Source: Solirubrobacterales bacterium
GTDB lineage: Bacteria > Actinomycetota > Thermoleophilia > Solirubrobacterales > 70-9
Reading direction: 5' to 3'
Length of the DNA stretch: 45,479 nucleotides
NCBI GenBank assembly: GCA_050697055.1
Contig: JBOGZE010000351.1
Coordinates: forward strand, 1-45,479
How positions within the stretch are numbered: position 1 is the first letter of the stretch; every line of letters starts with the position of its first letter. Shown here one piece after another: positions 8,736 through 17,817 of the stretch. The notes beneath the pieces are model-generated. The model was not told the origin of the DNA and did no database searches. It saw only the letters and a program-made list of their open reading frames with translations. Made by a program: the position numbers and the translations under genes.

Positions 8736-11428
8736 CCCGCCGCGTGCGCTGGCCCCCGGGAAGCGGCAGCGCGGACGGGCTGACCCCCGATTTCGTCGAC
8801 GTCCTCGAGGGTCAGGGTCTCGCGATCGAGGAGGGCCTCGGCGACGCGGTCGAGCGTCTTGCGAGACTGGCGAAGCACGTCTTCAGCAAGCAGTTCGGCC
8901 TCACGCACGAGCTTGCGCGCCTCCTCGTCGATCATACGCGCGGTCTCCTCCGAGTAAGAGACCCGCCCGTTGGCAGTGGCCTCATCCGGGTAATTGATCG
9001 CTCCGAGCGTGTCGCTCATGCCGAGCTCGGCGACCATGCGGCGGGCGATCGCCCCCACCGCGGCCAGGTCGCTCGCGGCCCCGTCGCTGAGCTCTCCGAA
9101 GACGAGTTCCTCGGCGGCGCGGCCGCCGAGGAAGGTGGCCATCCGCTCGAGCAGCAGCGAGCGGGAATGGATCAGGCGATCGTCTTCCTCGGCGTGCCAG
9201 GTGGTGCCAGCGAAGCGGCCGCGGCCGACGATCGAGATCTTGTGGAGCATCCGCCCGCCCGGCAGGGCGCGGGCCACAAGGCCGTGTCCTGCCTCGTGGT
9301 AGGCCACCATCCGGCGCTCGTCATCGGAGAGACGCCGGCTTCCGCCGATGCCGAGGCCCACCCGCTCCAGCGCCTCCTCCAGGATCTCCTGGGGGATGCT
9401 CTTCAGCCCGCGGCGGGCGGCGAGCAGTGCCGCTTCGTTCATGATCCCGGCGAGCTCCGCGCCGGAGAGGCCGCGCGTCAGGGTCGCGATCGTCTCCAGG
9501 TCGGCGTCCTTCTTCAGCCGCTTTCCCTGCGTGTGCAGGTTCAAAATCGCCAACCTTGCTTCGCGGTCAGGCAGATCGAGCTCGATCGTGCGGTCGAAGC
9601 GGCCGGGCCGCGTCAGGGCCGGGTCGAGCACGTCGGGCCGGTTCGTCGCGGCCATCACGATCACGCCCGAGCGCTGACCGAAGCCGTCCAGCTCGACCAG
9701 GAGCTGGTTGAGGGTCTGCTGTCGCTCCGAGTGATCGTTGAGCGAAAGGCCGCGCCGCGCGCCGATCGCGTCAAGCTCGTCGATGAACAGGATCGCTGGC
9801 GCCGTCCCGCGTGCTTGCGCGAACAGGTCGCGAACCCGTCCGGCGCCCTCCCCCACGTAGACCTCGACGAACTCGGTGGCAGAAGCGGAGACGAAGGCGG
9901 CGTTGGCCTCCCCCGCAACCGCGCGGGCCAGCAGCGTCTTACCGGTGCCGGGGGGCCCGGAGATCAGGTAGCCGCGAGGGATTCGGGCGCCAAGCTCCTC
10001 GAAGCGAGCCGGATCCGCCAGATACTCCCGAACCTCGCGAAGCTCCTCGATCGCGCCGTCCACTCCGGCCACGTCGCCGAACGTCACGCGCTCCTCCCCA
10101 AGCAGAGCCTGACCGATGCGCCGGTCGCGCATCGAGAGCCTGCGCTGTCGCTCCGGCGCCTCGCGGATGCGGGTTACCGCCTCCTCGAGGTCGTCCTGCG
10201 AGATCGCGCCCTTGCTCGCGCGGCCGGCTCGTAGCGCCGCCTCGTTCATCAGTCCGGCTAGGTCCGCCCCAGTCATGCCCACGGCACGGCGAGCGATCGC
10301 GTCGAGGTCCACCTTCGACGCGAGCGCCTTGGAACGGGCGTGCACCCGAAGGATCTCCAGCCGTCCCTGCTCGTCGGGAAGCTCGAGGCCGACGGCGCGG
10401 TCGAAGCGTCCGGGGCGCAGCAGGGCCGGATCGAGCACGTCCGGGCGGTTGGTGGCCCCGATCACGATCACCCCCTGCGCGGGCGAGAAGCCGTCGATCT
10501 CCGCCAGAAGCTGGTTCAGAGCCTGGTTCTGCTCCTCGGAGGAGGTGCCCGCCCCGCCCGACTGCCCGCCGCCAATTCGCCGGCGCCCAACCGCGTCGAG
10601 CTCATCGATGAAGACGATCGCGGGTGCGTTCTCGCGAGCCTCCTTGAACAGGTCCCGCACCCGGGCGGCGCCGACGCCCACATATAGCTCCACGAAGTCG
10701 GAGCCCGAGATCGAGTAGAAGGCGGCGCCCGCCTCGCCGGCGAGCGCCCGGGCCATCAGCGTCTTGCCGCAACCGGGGGGACCGAACAGCAGGACTCCCT
10801 TCGGGATCTGTGCGCCGAGGCTGGCGAAGCGGTCGGGGTCCGAGAGGAAGGTCGAGATCTCGCGCAGCTCCTCGACCGCTCCCTCCTGCCCCGCCACGTC
10901 GTCGAAGGTGACGTTGTGCTCCTCGGCGACGACGCGCCGGGCTCCGCTGCGCACCCCGAACAGCCCCGTGCCGCTGCGCCAGGAGATGATGAAGTAGATG
11001 AAGATCACCACCAGGATCAGGGCCGGGAGCAGGAACGTGAGGGGCCCCACCAGGCTCTTCGCGAACTGCTGGTTGATCGTGGTCGGGATCTGGTTGTCGA
11101 GCAGGATCTGCGAGAGCTGCTCACGCAGGGCCTCCGACTTGAAGTACGGGAGGTTGTAGGCCTGCGCCGTCCCGTTGTCGGCCTGATAGTCGCCGACGAC
11201 GTAGGCGTCCTGGTCGAGGATCTCGGCGTTGTTGATCCGGCCGGCCTCCGCCAAGGAGACAAAGCTGTCGAGCCGGAGTCGGTCGCCGTCCACGCTCGGG
11301 CGCGAGGCGGCCAGGACGCCGAAGTAGGCGACCAGCAGCACTCCGACGACCAGGACCGACCAGAATCCAAGGCTGCCGGGTATGCGACGTCCGGCGCGCC
11401 GCTGCTGGTTGCCTGGTTGATCGCTCAC
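8732..11428 (-). CDS. ftsH: FtsH-family membrane metalloprotease with two tandem AAA+ modules
   Basis: Two N-terminal TM helices flank an external domain. AAA-1 is at aa 172-425 ([37 protein letters not shown]). AAA-2 is at aa 447-695 ([37 protein letters not shown]). The M41 domain has HEAGH (nt 9284-9298) and LGGRAAEE. Confidence 0.9.
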   Translation of the reverse strand: MSDQPGNQQRRAGRRIPGSLGFWSVLVVGVLLVAYFGVLAASRPSVDGDRLRLDSFVSLAEAGRINNAEILDQDAYVVGDYQADNGTAQAYNLPYFKSEALREQLSQILLDNQIPTTINQQFAKSLVGPLTFLLPALILVVIFIYFIISWRSGTGLFGVRSGARRVVAEEHNVTFDDVAGQEGAVEELREISTFLSDPDRFASLGAQIPKGVLLFGPPGCGKTLMARALAGEAGAAFYSISGSDFVELYVGVGAARVRDLFKEARENAPAIVFIDELDAVGRRRIGGGQSGGAGTSSEEQNQALNQLLAEIDGFSPAQGVIVIGATNRPDVLDPALLRPGRFDRAVGLELPDEQGRLEILRVHARSKALASKVDLDAIARRAVGMTGADLAGLMNEAALRAGRASKGAISQDDLEEAVTRIREAPERQRRLSMRDRRIGQALLGEERVTFGDVAGVDGAIEELREVREYLADPARFEELGARIPRGYLISGPPGTGKTLLARAVAGEANAAFVSASATEFVEVYVGEGAGRVRDLFAQARGTAPAILFIDELDAIGARRGLSLNDHSERQQTLNQLLVELDGFGQRSGVIVMAATNRPDVLDPALTRPGRFDRTIELDLPDREARLAILNLHTQGKRLKKDADLETIATLTRGLSGAELAGIMNEAALLAARRGLKSIPQEILEEALERVGLGIGGSRRLSDDERRMVAYHEAGHGLVARALPGGRMLHKISIVGRGRFAGTTWHAEEDDRLIHSRSLLLERMATFLGGRAAEELVFGELSDGAASDLAAVGAIARRMVAELGMSDTLGAINYPDEATANGRVSYSEETARMIDEEARKLVREAELLAEDVLRQSRKTLDRVAEALLDRETLTLEDVDEIGGQPVRAAASRGPAHAAG

Positions 11429-11492
11429 GTGGCCAAGGCTACTAGCAGGTCCCTGAGCCGCCGGAAGCGGGCACCCATATGCGTCCGAGCCG

Positions 11493-13196
11493 CTAGGGGC
11501 CTCGTCGGGCGCGCAGGGCGTAGGCGATCACGAAGATGACGAGCGCCACCACTCCGGCGAAGAAGACATACATGAGGAGGTTGGCCCCCGAATCGCTCGA
11601 GGTGTCGAGCGGGTTGCCGATCGGACCCTCGTCGGGGTTGGCCCGCGCCTCGTCGGGGAGGAAGGAGCGCTTGTCGAGGATCCCCGACCCCTTCACGTAT
11701 ATCCAGCCGTCGTAGACCGAGGATACGTAGGCGAAGGCTCCCTGGGGGAAGACGAGCGGCACCACCGGCAGGTCGCGTGCCAGCAGTCGCAGCTCGTCGG
11801 CCACCGCGCTGCGCCGCGCCTCGACGGTCGGCGCATCGGACACCTTCGCGGCGAGCTCGTCGAAGCGGGCGCTGCGATACCCGCTGTAGTTCAGGGCCGA
11901 CCGAAACGGGTTACCGAACACGGCGGGCAGGAACGAGGGGTCGTAGGACGCAAGGGGCGGCGCGCTCCAGATCGCGGCCTGGAAGTTGGGGGAGCCGCCA
12001 TTCGCGCCAACCGAACGCGCGAGGCTTCTGAATGGCAGCTCGACCAGTTCCGCCCCGGCCCCCGCCCGCTGGAGGGCCCCCACGACCTGCCGCCCGATCT
12101 CTGTCCTCACCGGATCGTTCTTGGGCGCCAGGATGCGCAGTGGCGGCAGGCCTAGCTCCGCGAAGCCAACGCGCGCGCCAGCCTCGTCCAGGTTGTGCAG
12201 CTTCTCGTCCGGAGACCAGGGCGATGACGGGTGGAGGTAGCCGTCCTCGGCCGGGACGTTGGAGGTTCCCCCGCCCGCTCCCAGGCCGGAGATGGCGTCG
12301 GTGATCCGGTCGAGATCCAGCGCGCTCGCAATGGTGCGCCTCGCCGCCGGGTCGTCGAATGGCGGGCGGGTCAGATTGAACATCAGGACCGTTCCGAGGT
12401 AGGAGTCGCCTTCGGCGATCCGCACGCCGAGGCCGCGCACCGCGCCGGCGGCTTGGTCATCGAGGCTCGCGGGCACCATGTCCACTCGTCGGTCTCGCAG
12501 AGCGGCGAACGTTCGCTCGGCCGTCCTGATGACCGGCACCTCGATCGTACGCACGAGGGGCTGCCCGCGGAAGTAATCGCGGTTCGCCGTGAACGTGTAG
12601 CTCTTTCCCGGGATGTGGCCGGTCAGCCGGTAGGGGCCGCTCCCGACGGGAAGTCCCGGCGGCGCCAAGGTGTCCCCCGAGAGGCCTTGCCAGATATGCC
12701 GCGGGAGGACCGGCACATCCGACAGCGGCTGGTCGAAGAAGCCGAGGGAGGGGTGCTTCAGATCGATCACCAGCGTGCGGTCATCCACCGTGTGCAGGGA
12801 TTCGATGTCCTCGAGCTCCTGGGAGAGGCGGGGATGCGGGTGGGCCGCCACGAACTCGAACGTGAACTGGACGTCGGACGCGGTCAGCGGCCGCCCGTCC
12901 TGCCAGCGGATGCCGGGCCGCAGCCGAATCGTGATCCGCCGGCCGTCGGCGCTCCGGGTGACCGATTCGGCCAGCCAGGGTCGGGGAACGCCCTCGGCGT
13001 CACGCCACATCACGGTGTCGTAGATCAGGGTGACGAGCGGATAGCCGACCTCGAACGTGTAGGGGGTGAGGCTGCCGTCCTCCTGCGGGAAGGGGATGCG
13101 GACCACCTCCGCCCTGTCCTCCGCCGCCGCGGGCGCGGCAGCCAGGGATGTCGCGATCAGCGCGGCGAGCGCGAGTCCCTGGCAGCGACGGAGCAT
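11493..13196 (-). CDS. ABC-type solute-binding protein family 5 (peptide/nickel type) with C-terminal TM anchor
   Basis: Signal peptide (LALAALIATSLAAAPAAA), SBP_bac_5-like blocks (LAESVTRSADGRRITIRLRPGIRWQDGRPLTASDV), and a hydrophobic C-terminal helix followed by RARRGP. Confidence 0.8.
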   Translation of the reverse strand: MLRRCQGLALAALIATSLAAAPAAAEDRAEVVRIPFPQEDGSLTPYTFEVGYPLVTLIYDTVMWRDAEGVPRPWLAESVTRSADGRRITIRLRPGIRWQDGRPLTASDVQFTFEFVAAHPHPRLSQELEDIESLHTVDDRTLVIDLKHPSLGFFDQPLSDVPVLPRHIWQGLSGDTLAPPGLPVGSGPYRLTGHIPGKSYTFTANRDYFRGQPLVRTIEVPVIRTAERTFAALRDRRVDMVPASLDDQAAGAVRGLGVRIAEGDSYLGTVLMFNLTRPPFDDPAARRTIASALDLDRITDAISGLGAGGGTSNVPAEDGYLHPSSPWSPDEKLHNLDEAGARVGFAELGLPPLRILAPKNDPVRTEIGRQVVGALQRAGAGAELVELPFRSLARSVGANGGSPNFQAAIWSAPPLASYDPSFLPAVFGNPFRSALNYSGYRSARFDELAAKVSDAPTVEARRSAVADELRLLARDLPVVPLVFPQGAFAYVSSVYDGWIYVKGSGILDKRSFLPDEARANPDEGPIGNPLDTSSDSGANLLMYVFFAGVVALVIFVIAYALRARRGP

Positions 13197-13229
13197 GGGC
13201 GGGTCAGGATAATTGGCCGCTTCCGGGGC

Positions 13230-14021
13230 TCAGCCCGGGAGCGCCGCCGCCGCGTAGGCGATCTGGATCGGCTTGCACCAGATCGCCACCGAGCGCGCCG
13301 AGGCCTCGTCGAAGCCGGCGGGAAGGATGTAGTTCTGGTCGCCGAGGGTCGACTTGAGCAGGCCTATCTGGACGTGTGGGGCGGCCAGCACCTGCTCGGT
13401 GGTCCGCGGGCGGGGCGCGCTCGTCAGCCACACGAACAGCTGCGTGTTGGCGGCCGTCTGAAAGCCCTCGAATCTCAACGCCAGCCTGCCATCCGGAAGG
13501 CGATAGAGGATGGCGTTCCCTTTGCCGCGGCGCTCCACCTTGTAGAAGCTGCCGCGGGCAAGCTCGGCTCCCGGATTCATCTCGGGCAGCGGCCGCTCAT
13601 GCAGGGGACTGTCGACCTGTTGCTCGACGGTCAACCGCCACGGGGCCGAGGCGCCGACCGCCAGCTCGATCTGGCCGGTGTCGATCGAGGGCTTGCCGCC
13701 ATCCCCCGGGCAGGCGTCGTCGGCGAAGCGCCGTCCGTTGGCGGTCAGCTCGAACGCCCCGGCCGAGCAATGCCAGCGCGCACGCCATTGGAGCGCCTCG
13801 TCGGCCACGGTGACGCTGGTCGATGAATCAGCCGAGCCGTGCAGGGAGGCGAGTGGCTCCCAGCGAGGGGCGGCGTGCTCTGCTTGCTCCCTCCGCTGGG
13901 CGGCGACCTGGGTCTCGACCGCCGAGAAGGCGTCCGAACCGGACGATTTCTCGTCGCCGCCCCCGCAACCCGGGAGCGCGAGCGAGGTCAGGATCAGGCC
14001 CAGCGCCGCACTGCGGTTCAC
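13230..14021 (-). CDS. lipoprotein with C-terminal DM13-like domain
   Basis: GTG at 14021 overlaps the upstream stop (GTGA). Lipobox LALPGC. The C-terminus (GSFYKVERRGKGNAILYRLPDGRLALRFEGFQT...LFVWL...SVAIWC) resembles DM13. Confidence 0.6.
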   Translation of the reverse strand: MNRSAALGLILTSLALPGCGGGDEKSSGSDAFSAVETQVAAQRREQAEHAAPRWEPLASLHGSADSSTSVTVADEALQWRARWHCSAGAFELTANGRRFADDACPGDGGKPSIDTGQIELAVGASAPWRLTVEQQVDSPLHERPLPEMNPGAELARGSFYKVERRGKGNAILYRLPDGRLALRFEGFQTAANTQLFVWLTSAPRPRTTEQVLAAPHVQIGLLKSTLGDQNYILPAGFDEASARSVAIWCKPIQIAYAAAALPG

Positions 14022-15478
14022 TGATCGGCACCGTCGGCCTTCGCGTGGGCAACAACCAGGTCGCCGACCCTCTCGCCCTGCCGGAGCCCGGCGGCGCTGT
14101 CCCAGGGCCAGTGGATCCCGCCCCAGATCCGCGCCTTCGCCGCCTGGCTGGCCTTCTGGTGCCAGTCGTCGGTGTCCTCCGGGAAGAGGTAGCTGAGCAC
14201 CTGGGCCACCGCCGCCGAGTAGGTTGCGTGCCCAGAGGTGTAGGCGGGGAAGAACGGAGTCGGCACCAGCGGCTTCCACTTCGGGTCGGCGCCCGTGTCG
14301 CGGATCGAGTTCTCCGGCCTTGGGTACCACCACTTGTACTTCGTCGCCCAGGCGGCGACGCCCGCGTCCGCCATCGCGACCGAGGCGAGGGCGAATACGC
14401 GGGCCGCCTCCGGGGTGGTGAGGTTGCGGTCACGAAGGTAGTTGACGATCACGCCCTCCCAGATCCCCGCCGGCAGCGGCGTCCCCTGGCCCCCCGCCCA
14501 GAACAGGGCGGCCTCCTTCTGGACGGGGGTGAGGTTGTCCTCAGCGCTGATCACGCGCTGCACCCCTTTCATGAACCTGGGGGAGCGATAGCGCGGCGGG
14601 GGCGGTGGCTGGAACCGCTCGGGTGAGCCAATCACCCAGGTCCGCCAGGCGCCTGCCAGCGGTTCCACCGGCCGGGCGGCCGAGCCGGGCGGCGGGTCCC
14701 AGTAGGCCGGCGTGTGCGGGGGACGGGTGCCGTCCCACTGGCGCGAGATGCCGTCGGTCCTGGCGTAGGCGATCACCCTGTCGGCGACCTGGCGGCCGAG
14801 GTCGAGGCCCGCCTGAACGTCGCTCGGATAGGCGACCCCTGCCTTCACCCGCGACTGCGCCGCCTGCTGCGCGTCTTGGTCGAGGCGCTGCGCCGGATGC
14901 TCCGGGAACAGATAGTGGAGCACCCGCGAGGCGGCGCCCGCGATCGCGGCGTGCTCGGAGGGATAGGAGGGGTCCGGCGGGGCCTCGACCAGCGGGTCCT
15001 CGCTCGGGGCCTCCCGCGCGTACCGCTGCTTCCAGGACCAGGCGGAGACGGCGGCGTCGTAGATCGCCACGGCGACATAGGCATAGGCGCGCGAGGAGTA
15101 GGGCGGGTCCTTCGGCCGTTGGGAGACGAACTCCATCGCGTCCTCCATCCACGGGGCCATCGCCGGCTGCTCATCCCAGTGCCGGGCCTCGTCCTCCTGG
15201 TTGGGAGTGCGCGAGCTGACCGCCTGCTCGAGCTGCTCCAAGTCTCTGCTCGCGGCCTCGCTTCCCGCGGCGGGTGGCGGGGGCACCTCGATCTCGGACC
15301 CCCAGGAGAGCACCCAGGTCTTCCACTGACCGGCCGAGGGTTCCGCGGGCTGGGCGGAGGAATCGCCACCGTTCCCGCAGCCGGCGACCGCGACGATCAA
15401 CCCTGTCGCGAGCGCGAGCACCAGCCGCGTCCCTGTGACCCTCGCTCTCACCGGCGCATTATCACCGTCGGGAACCAT
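14018..15478 (-). CDS. PAP2-superfamily / vanadium-haloperoxidase-like secreted lipoprotein
   Basis: Lipobox (IVAVAGC). The C-terminal half has an intact PAP2 signature (KYKWWYPRP ... TSGHATY ... ARIWGGIHWPWD). The N-terminal half is a degenerate copy (YPSEHAAI ... SRVKAGVAYPSD). Confidence 0.75.
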   Translation of the reverse strand: MVPDGDNAPVRARVTGTRLVLALATGLIVAVAGCGNGGDSSAQPAEPSAGQWKTWVLSWGSEIEVPPPPAAGSEAASRDLEQLEQAVSSRTPNQEDEARHWDEQPAMAPWMEDAMEFVSQRPKDPPYSSRAYAYVAVAIYDAAVSAWSWKQRYAREAPSEDPLVEAPPDPSYPSEHAAIAGAASRVLHYLFPEHPAQRLDQDAQQAAQSRVKAGVAYPSDVQAGLDLGRQVADRVIAYARTDGISRQWDGTRPPHTPAYWDPPPGSAARPVEPLAGAWRTWVIGSPERFQPPPPPRYRSPRFMKGVQRVISAEDNLTPVQKEAALFWAGGQGTPLPAGIWEGVIVNYLRDRNLTTPEAARVFALASVAMADAGVAAWATKYKWWYPRPENSIRDTGADPKWKPLVPTPFFPAYTSGHATYSAAVAQVLSYLFPEDTDDWHQKASQAAKARIWGGIHWPWDSAAGLRQGERVGDLVVAHAKADGADQ

Positions 15479-15579
15479 CCGGTAAATGCGTCCCGCATGC
15501 ACAGATTTGCTGGGCTTGGCAGGGCGGCCAGCCCTCCATCGTCCTCCCGCGCGTCACCCCGACGATACAGTCGCGGGCG

Positions 15580-16035
15580 GTGGTAGACGGGCCAAGCACC
15601 TCTCCGATCGCACCGGCCGCGCCCGACCGGGCTCCGGCGCGCGGCACCACGCTTCGGTGGCGGGTGCTGCTCGTCGCCCTCGGCGTCTGCTCGGCCCTCC
15701 CCCCCTACATCGGGCCGACGATCGGGCTCGAGCTCGACGTCTCCTCCGCGACCGAGGTAGTCGATCACGTTCTGCCCTCTCTGGTCGTGATTGGCTTCGG
15801 CGGCCTAGCCGGGTGGCTGGCCCGCACCGGCTCGGAGGGCAGTGCCCTCGACGTGTTCGCGGTCGGGATGTGCTTCCTCGCCGGTGCCTGGTCGACGCTG
15901 ACGCACCTCCCCCTCTGGTTCGACGCGGGCCAGAGCGACACCCCCTGGGGATCGGTGATCCTCCACGGCACCCTCGGTCCGATCCTCACCGTGCTCTCGG
16001 GTTGGCTCCTGCTGCGCGCCACCGAGGGCGAATGA
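15580..16035 (+). CDS. hypothetical integral membrane protein
   Basis: About four hydrophobic helices. Its stop overlaps the next ATG as ATGA. The start codon is uncertain. Confidence 0.5.
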   Translation: MVDGPSTSPIAPAAPDRAPARGTTLRWRVLLVALGVCSALPPYIGPTIGLELDVSSATEVVDHVLPSLVVIGFGGLAGWLARTGSEGSALDVFAVGMCFLAGAWSTLTHLPLWFDAGQSDTPWGSVILHGTLGPILTVLSGWLLLRATEGE

Positions 16036-16766
16036 GTCGCGCCAAGGCCTGGTTCCTCGGCGGGGGGCCCGGAGCCCCCGATCTGCTCACCCTGCGGGCG
16101 ACGCGGGCAATCGCCGAGGCAGACATCGTCATCTGGGGCAGCCGGCACGTGATGGAGGGGGTGGTGACCGAGCATGCGCAGCCCAGCGCCGAGCTGATCC
16201 CGTGGCCGCCCGCCACCATGGAGGACCTGCTCGGCGCCTACGAGAGGGCGGCGGAGAACGACCTTGTCGTCGCCAGGCTGATCGGAGGGGACCCGGCCGT
16301 CTACGTGAGCATGAGCGAGGAGATCGAGCGGGCGCGCGAGCTCGAGTTGCCCTACGAGGTCGTGCCAGGGGTCGGCGCTCTCAGCGCCGCCGCCGCCGCA
16401 CTCGGGGGCGAGCTGGTCACCGCGCGCACCGACGAGACCCTGCTGATCGTTTCTCCCAAGGCCGAGATCGAGCGACTCGCCGATCCGGCGGTGACGATCG
16501 CCGTGTACATGGCCGGCCGCAGCGAGGTCGACCTGCAGCAACGGTTGCTCGCCGGCGGCTATCCGCCCGAGACTCCTTGCGCTGTCTTCAGCCGGCTTAC
16601 CTGGCCGGACGAAGCCGCGCTCGAGTGCCGGCTGGACCAGCTGGCCGATCGGCTGGACGAGCTGGGGGCGGAGCTGGGCGATGAGAATTTCGGGCGCCAG
16701 ACGCTTCTGCTCGCAGGCCCAACGGTGGGTCGAGGCTCACATCCGCCCGCCTGCAGAGACTTATAA
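16032..16766 (+). CDS. tetrapyrrole (precorrin/CobM-CbiF-like) SAM-dependent methyltransferase
   Basis: WFLGGGPGAPDLLTLRATRAIAEADIVIWG ... GGDPAVY ... YEVVPGVGALSAAAAALG are TP_methylase blocks. The ATG at 16032 was chosen over the long track ORF. Confidence 0.75.
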   Translation: MSRAKAWFLGGGPGAPDLLTLRATRAIAEADIVIWGSRHVMEGVVTEHAQPSAELIPWPPATMEDLLGAYERAAENDLVVARLIGGDPAVYVSMSEEIERARELELPYEVVPGVGALSAAAAALGGELVTARTDETLLIVSPKAEIERLADPAVTIAVYMAGRSEVDLQQRLLAGGYPPETPCAVFSRLTWPDEAALECRLDQLADRLDELGAELGDENFGRQTLLLAGPTVGRGSHPPACRDL

Positions 16767-16888
16767 GGGAGGTTTGGCCGCATATAGAAAATCGTGGGTG
16801 TATGCGGTGCACATCTACCCCCGGGCGCCCGAAGGGTGTAGGTTCGGCTGACCGACTACTTCGACTCGTTAGAGAAAGGGGTACCCCC

Positions 16889-17692
16889 GTGGTTAGTCGG
16901 TTCAGGAGGTCCGCTGGGGGAGCGAGACAGCGGCGCGCATTGATCCTCATCGCGCTCGCAACGGCCCTATTGGTGCCCGCTGCGATCGCATGGGCTTGTA
17001 ACCCACAGGCCCACCTCTCGCTCAACAGCAGCTCGTACGGCCCGGGTGACACCATCACGGTGACGGGGTCGTACTTCTCGAACGGCGACAACATCTCGGT
17101 AAGCACTACCGGCTCGTCGGACTCGAAGGTCGTCAGCGGTGGAGGGTTCGTGGCGCAACTGACTGCGCCCAGCAGCGCAGGCTCCTACACCGTGACGGCT
17201 TCGCGTACCGACGGCTATCGCGCCGGTCTGCCGAAGACCGCGTCGTTCGAGGTCGTCGAACCGACCTCTCCCAACGCACCGTCGAGTGGTGGCAGCTCGT
17301 CGTTCAGGCAGCCGCGCACCCCGCACGTACAGCCGCGCACCCCGCACGTGGCGGGAGTTGGCGGCGGCGGCGGCACGGTGCAAGACCAGTCGGGCCAGCC
17401 GGTGTTCGCTGGCTCCGTCGCGCCTTCCTCGTCCGGAGGAGGAGCATTCTTCGGCGGGACGGCCTCGGCCGCTGGCGCGACCCGGCCCTCGGAGCAGTCC
17501 GCAGTGTCTGATGTCTGGAGCGGGTTCGCACCCGGCAAGGCCGCCTCGCTGACAAGCGCGGCGGGGATGCCGGATGGCGGCGCCGGCTCACAGCTCAGCC
17601 TCGGAATCGTGTTGCTCGCGCTGGGTCTGTTGGCGCTGGTCGGCGGTCTGACGACCGCAGAGGTAATGCGTCGTCGGGCGCCTGGCGCCTGA
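16889..17692 (+). CDS. secreted protein with C-terminal TM anchor, Pro/Ser/Gly-rich linker
   Basis: GTG at 16889 lies 7 nt after an AGAAAGGGG RBS. Signal peptide (ALILIALATALLVPAAIAWA), an Ig-like N-domain, and a C-terminal helix followed by RRRAPGA. Confidence 0.6.
   Translation: MVSRFRRSAGGARQRRALILIALATALLVPAAIAWACNPQAHLSLNSSSYGPGDTITVTGSYFSNGDNISVSTTGSSDSKVVSGGGFVAQLTAPSSAGSYTVTASRTDGYRAGLPKTASFEVVEPTSPNAPSSGGSSSFRQPRTPHVQPRTPHVAGVGGGGGTVQDQSGQPVFAGSVAPSSSGGGAFFGGTASAAGATRPSEQSAVSDVWSGFAPGKAASLTSAAGMPDGGAGSQLSLGIVLLALGLLALVGGLTTAEVMRRRAPGA
17309..17350 (+). repeat. 21-bp tandem duplication inside the CDS (encodes QPRTPHV x2)
   Basis: cagccgcgcaccccgcacgta followed by cagccgcgcaccccgcacgtg, 20/21 identical. 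Confidence 0.9.
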
Positions 17693-17708
17693 TAGGCGCA
17701 ACGTGTTC

Positions 17709-17736
17709 GGCCGGGGGCCGATCTCGACCCCCGGCC
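17709..17736 (+). terminator. GC-rich hairpin, candidate intrinsic terminator
   Basis: GGCCGGGGG (17709-17717) pairs with CCCCCGGCC (17728-17736) around a 10-nt loop, 17 nt after the stop at 17692. No clear U-tract. Confidence 0.4.
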
Positions 17737-17742
17737 CGGACA

Positions 17743-17756
17743 CGAATCCGGATTCG
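17743..17756. promoter_or_regulatory. perfect 14-bp palindrome CGAATCCGGATTCG (candidate operator)
   Basis: Self-complementary. It lies 62 nt upstream of the FG-GAP gene start. The core GAATC-N2-GATTC recurs at 23001-23014. Confidence 0.4.
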
Positions 17757-17817
17757 GACCAGGCATTCGAGAGGCTTCAACTCACAGGGAGACGCAGAAA
17801 GGGTTCGACTCACGCGA

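Noticed and set aside
13230-14333. 367-aa version of the DM13 lipoprotein ORF, and the 426-aa ORF at 15486-16766
   Set aside because: The upstream extensions overlap neighbouring genes and are Arg/Pro-rich. Internal starts (14021 and 16032) give signal-peptide or family-typical N-termini and ATGA/GTGA coupling.
16778-16807. 7-bp inverted repeat CCGCATA ... TATGCGG after the methyltransferase gene
   Set aside because: The stem is short, the loop is 16 nt, and there is no U-tract. It is too weak to call a terminator or operator.
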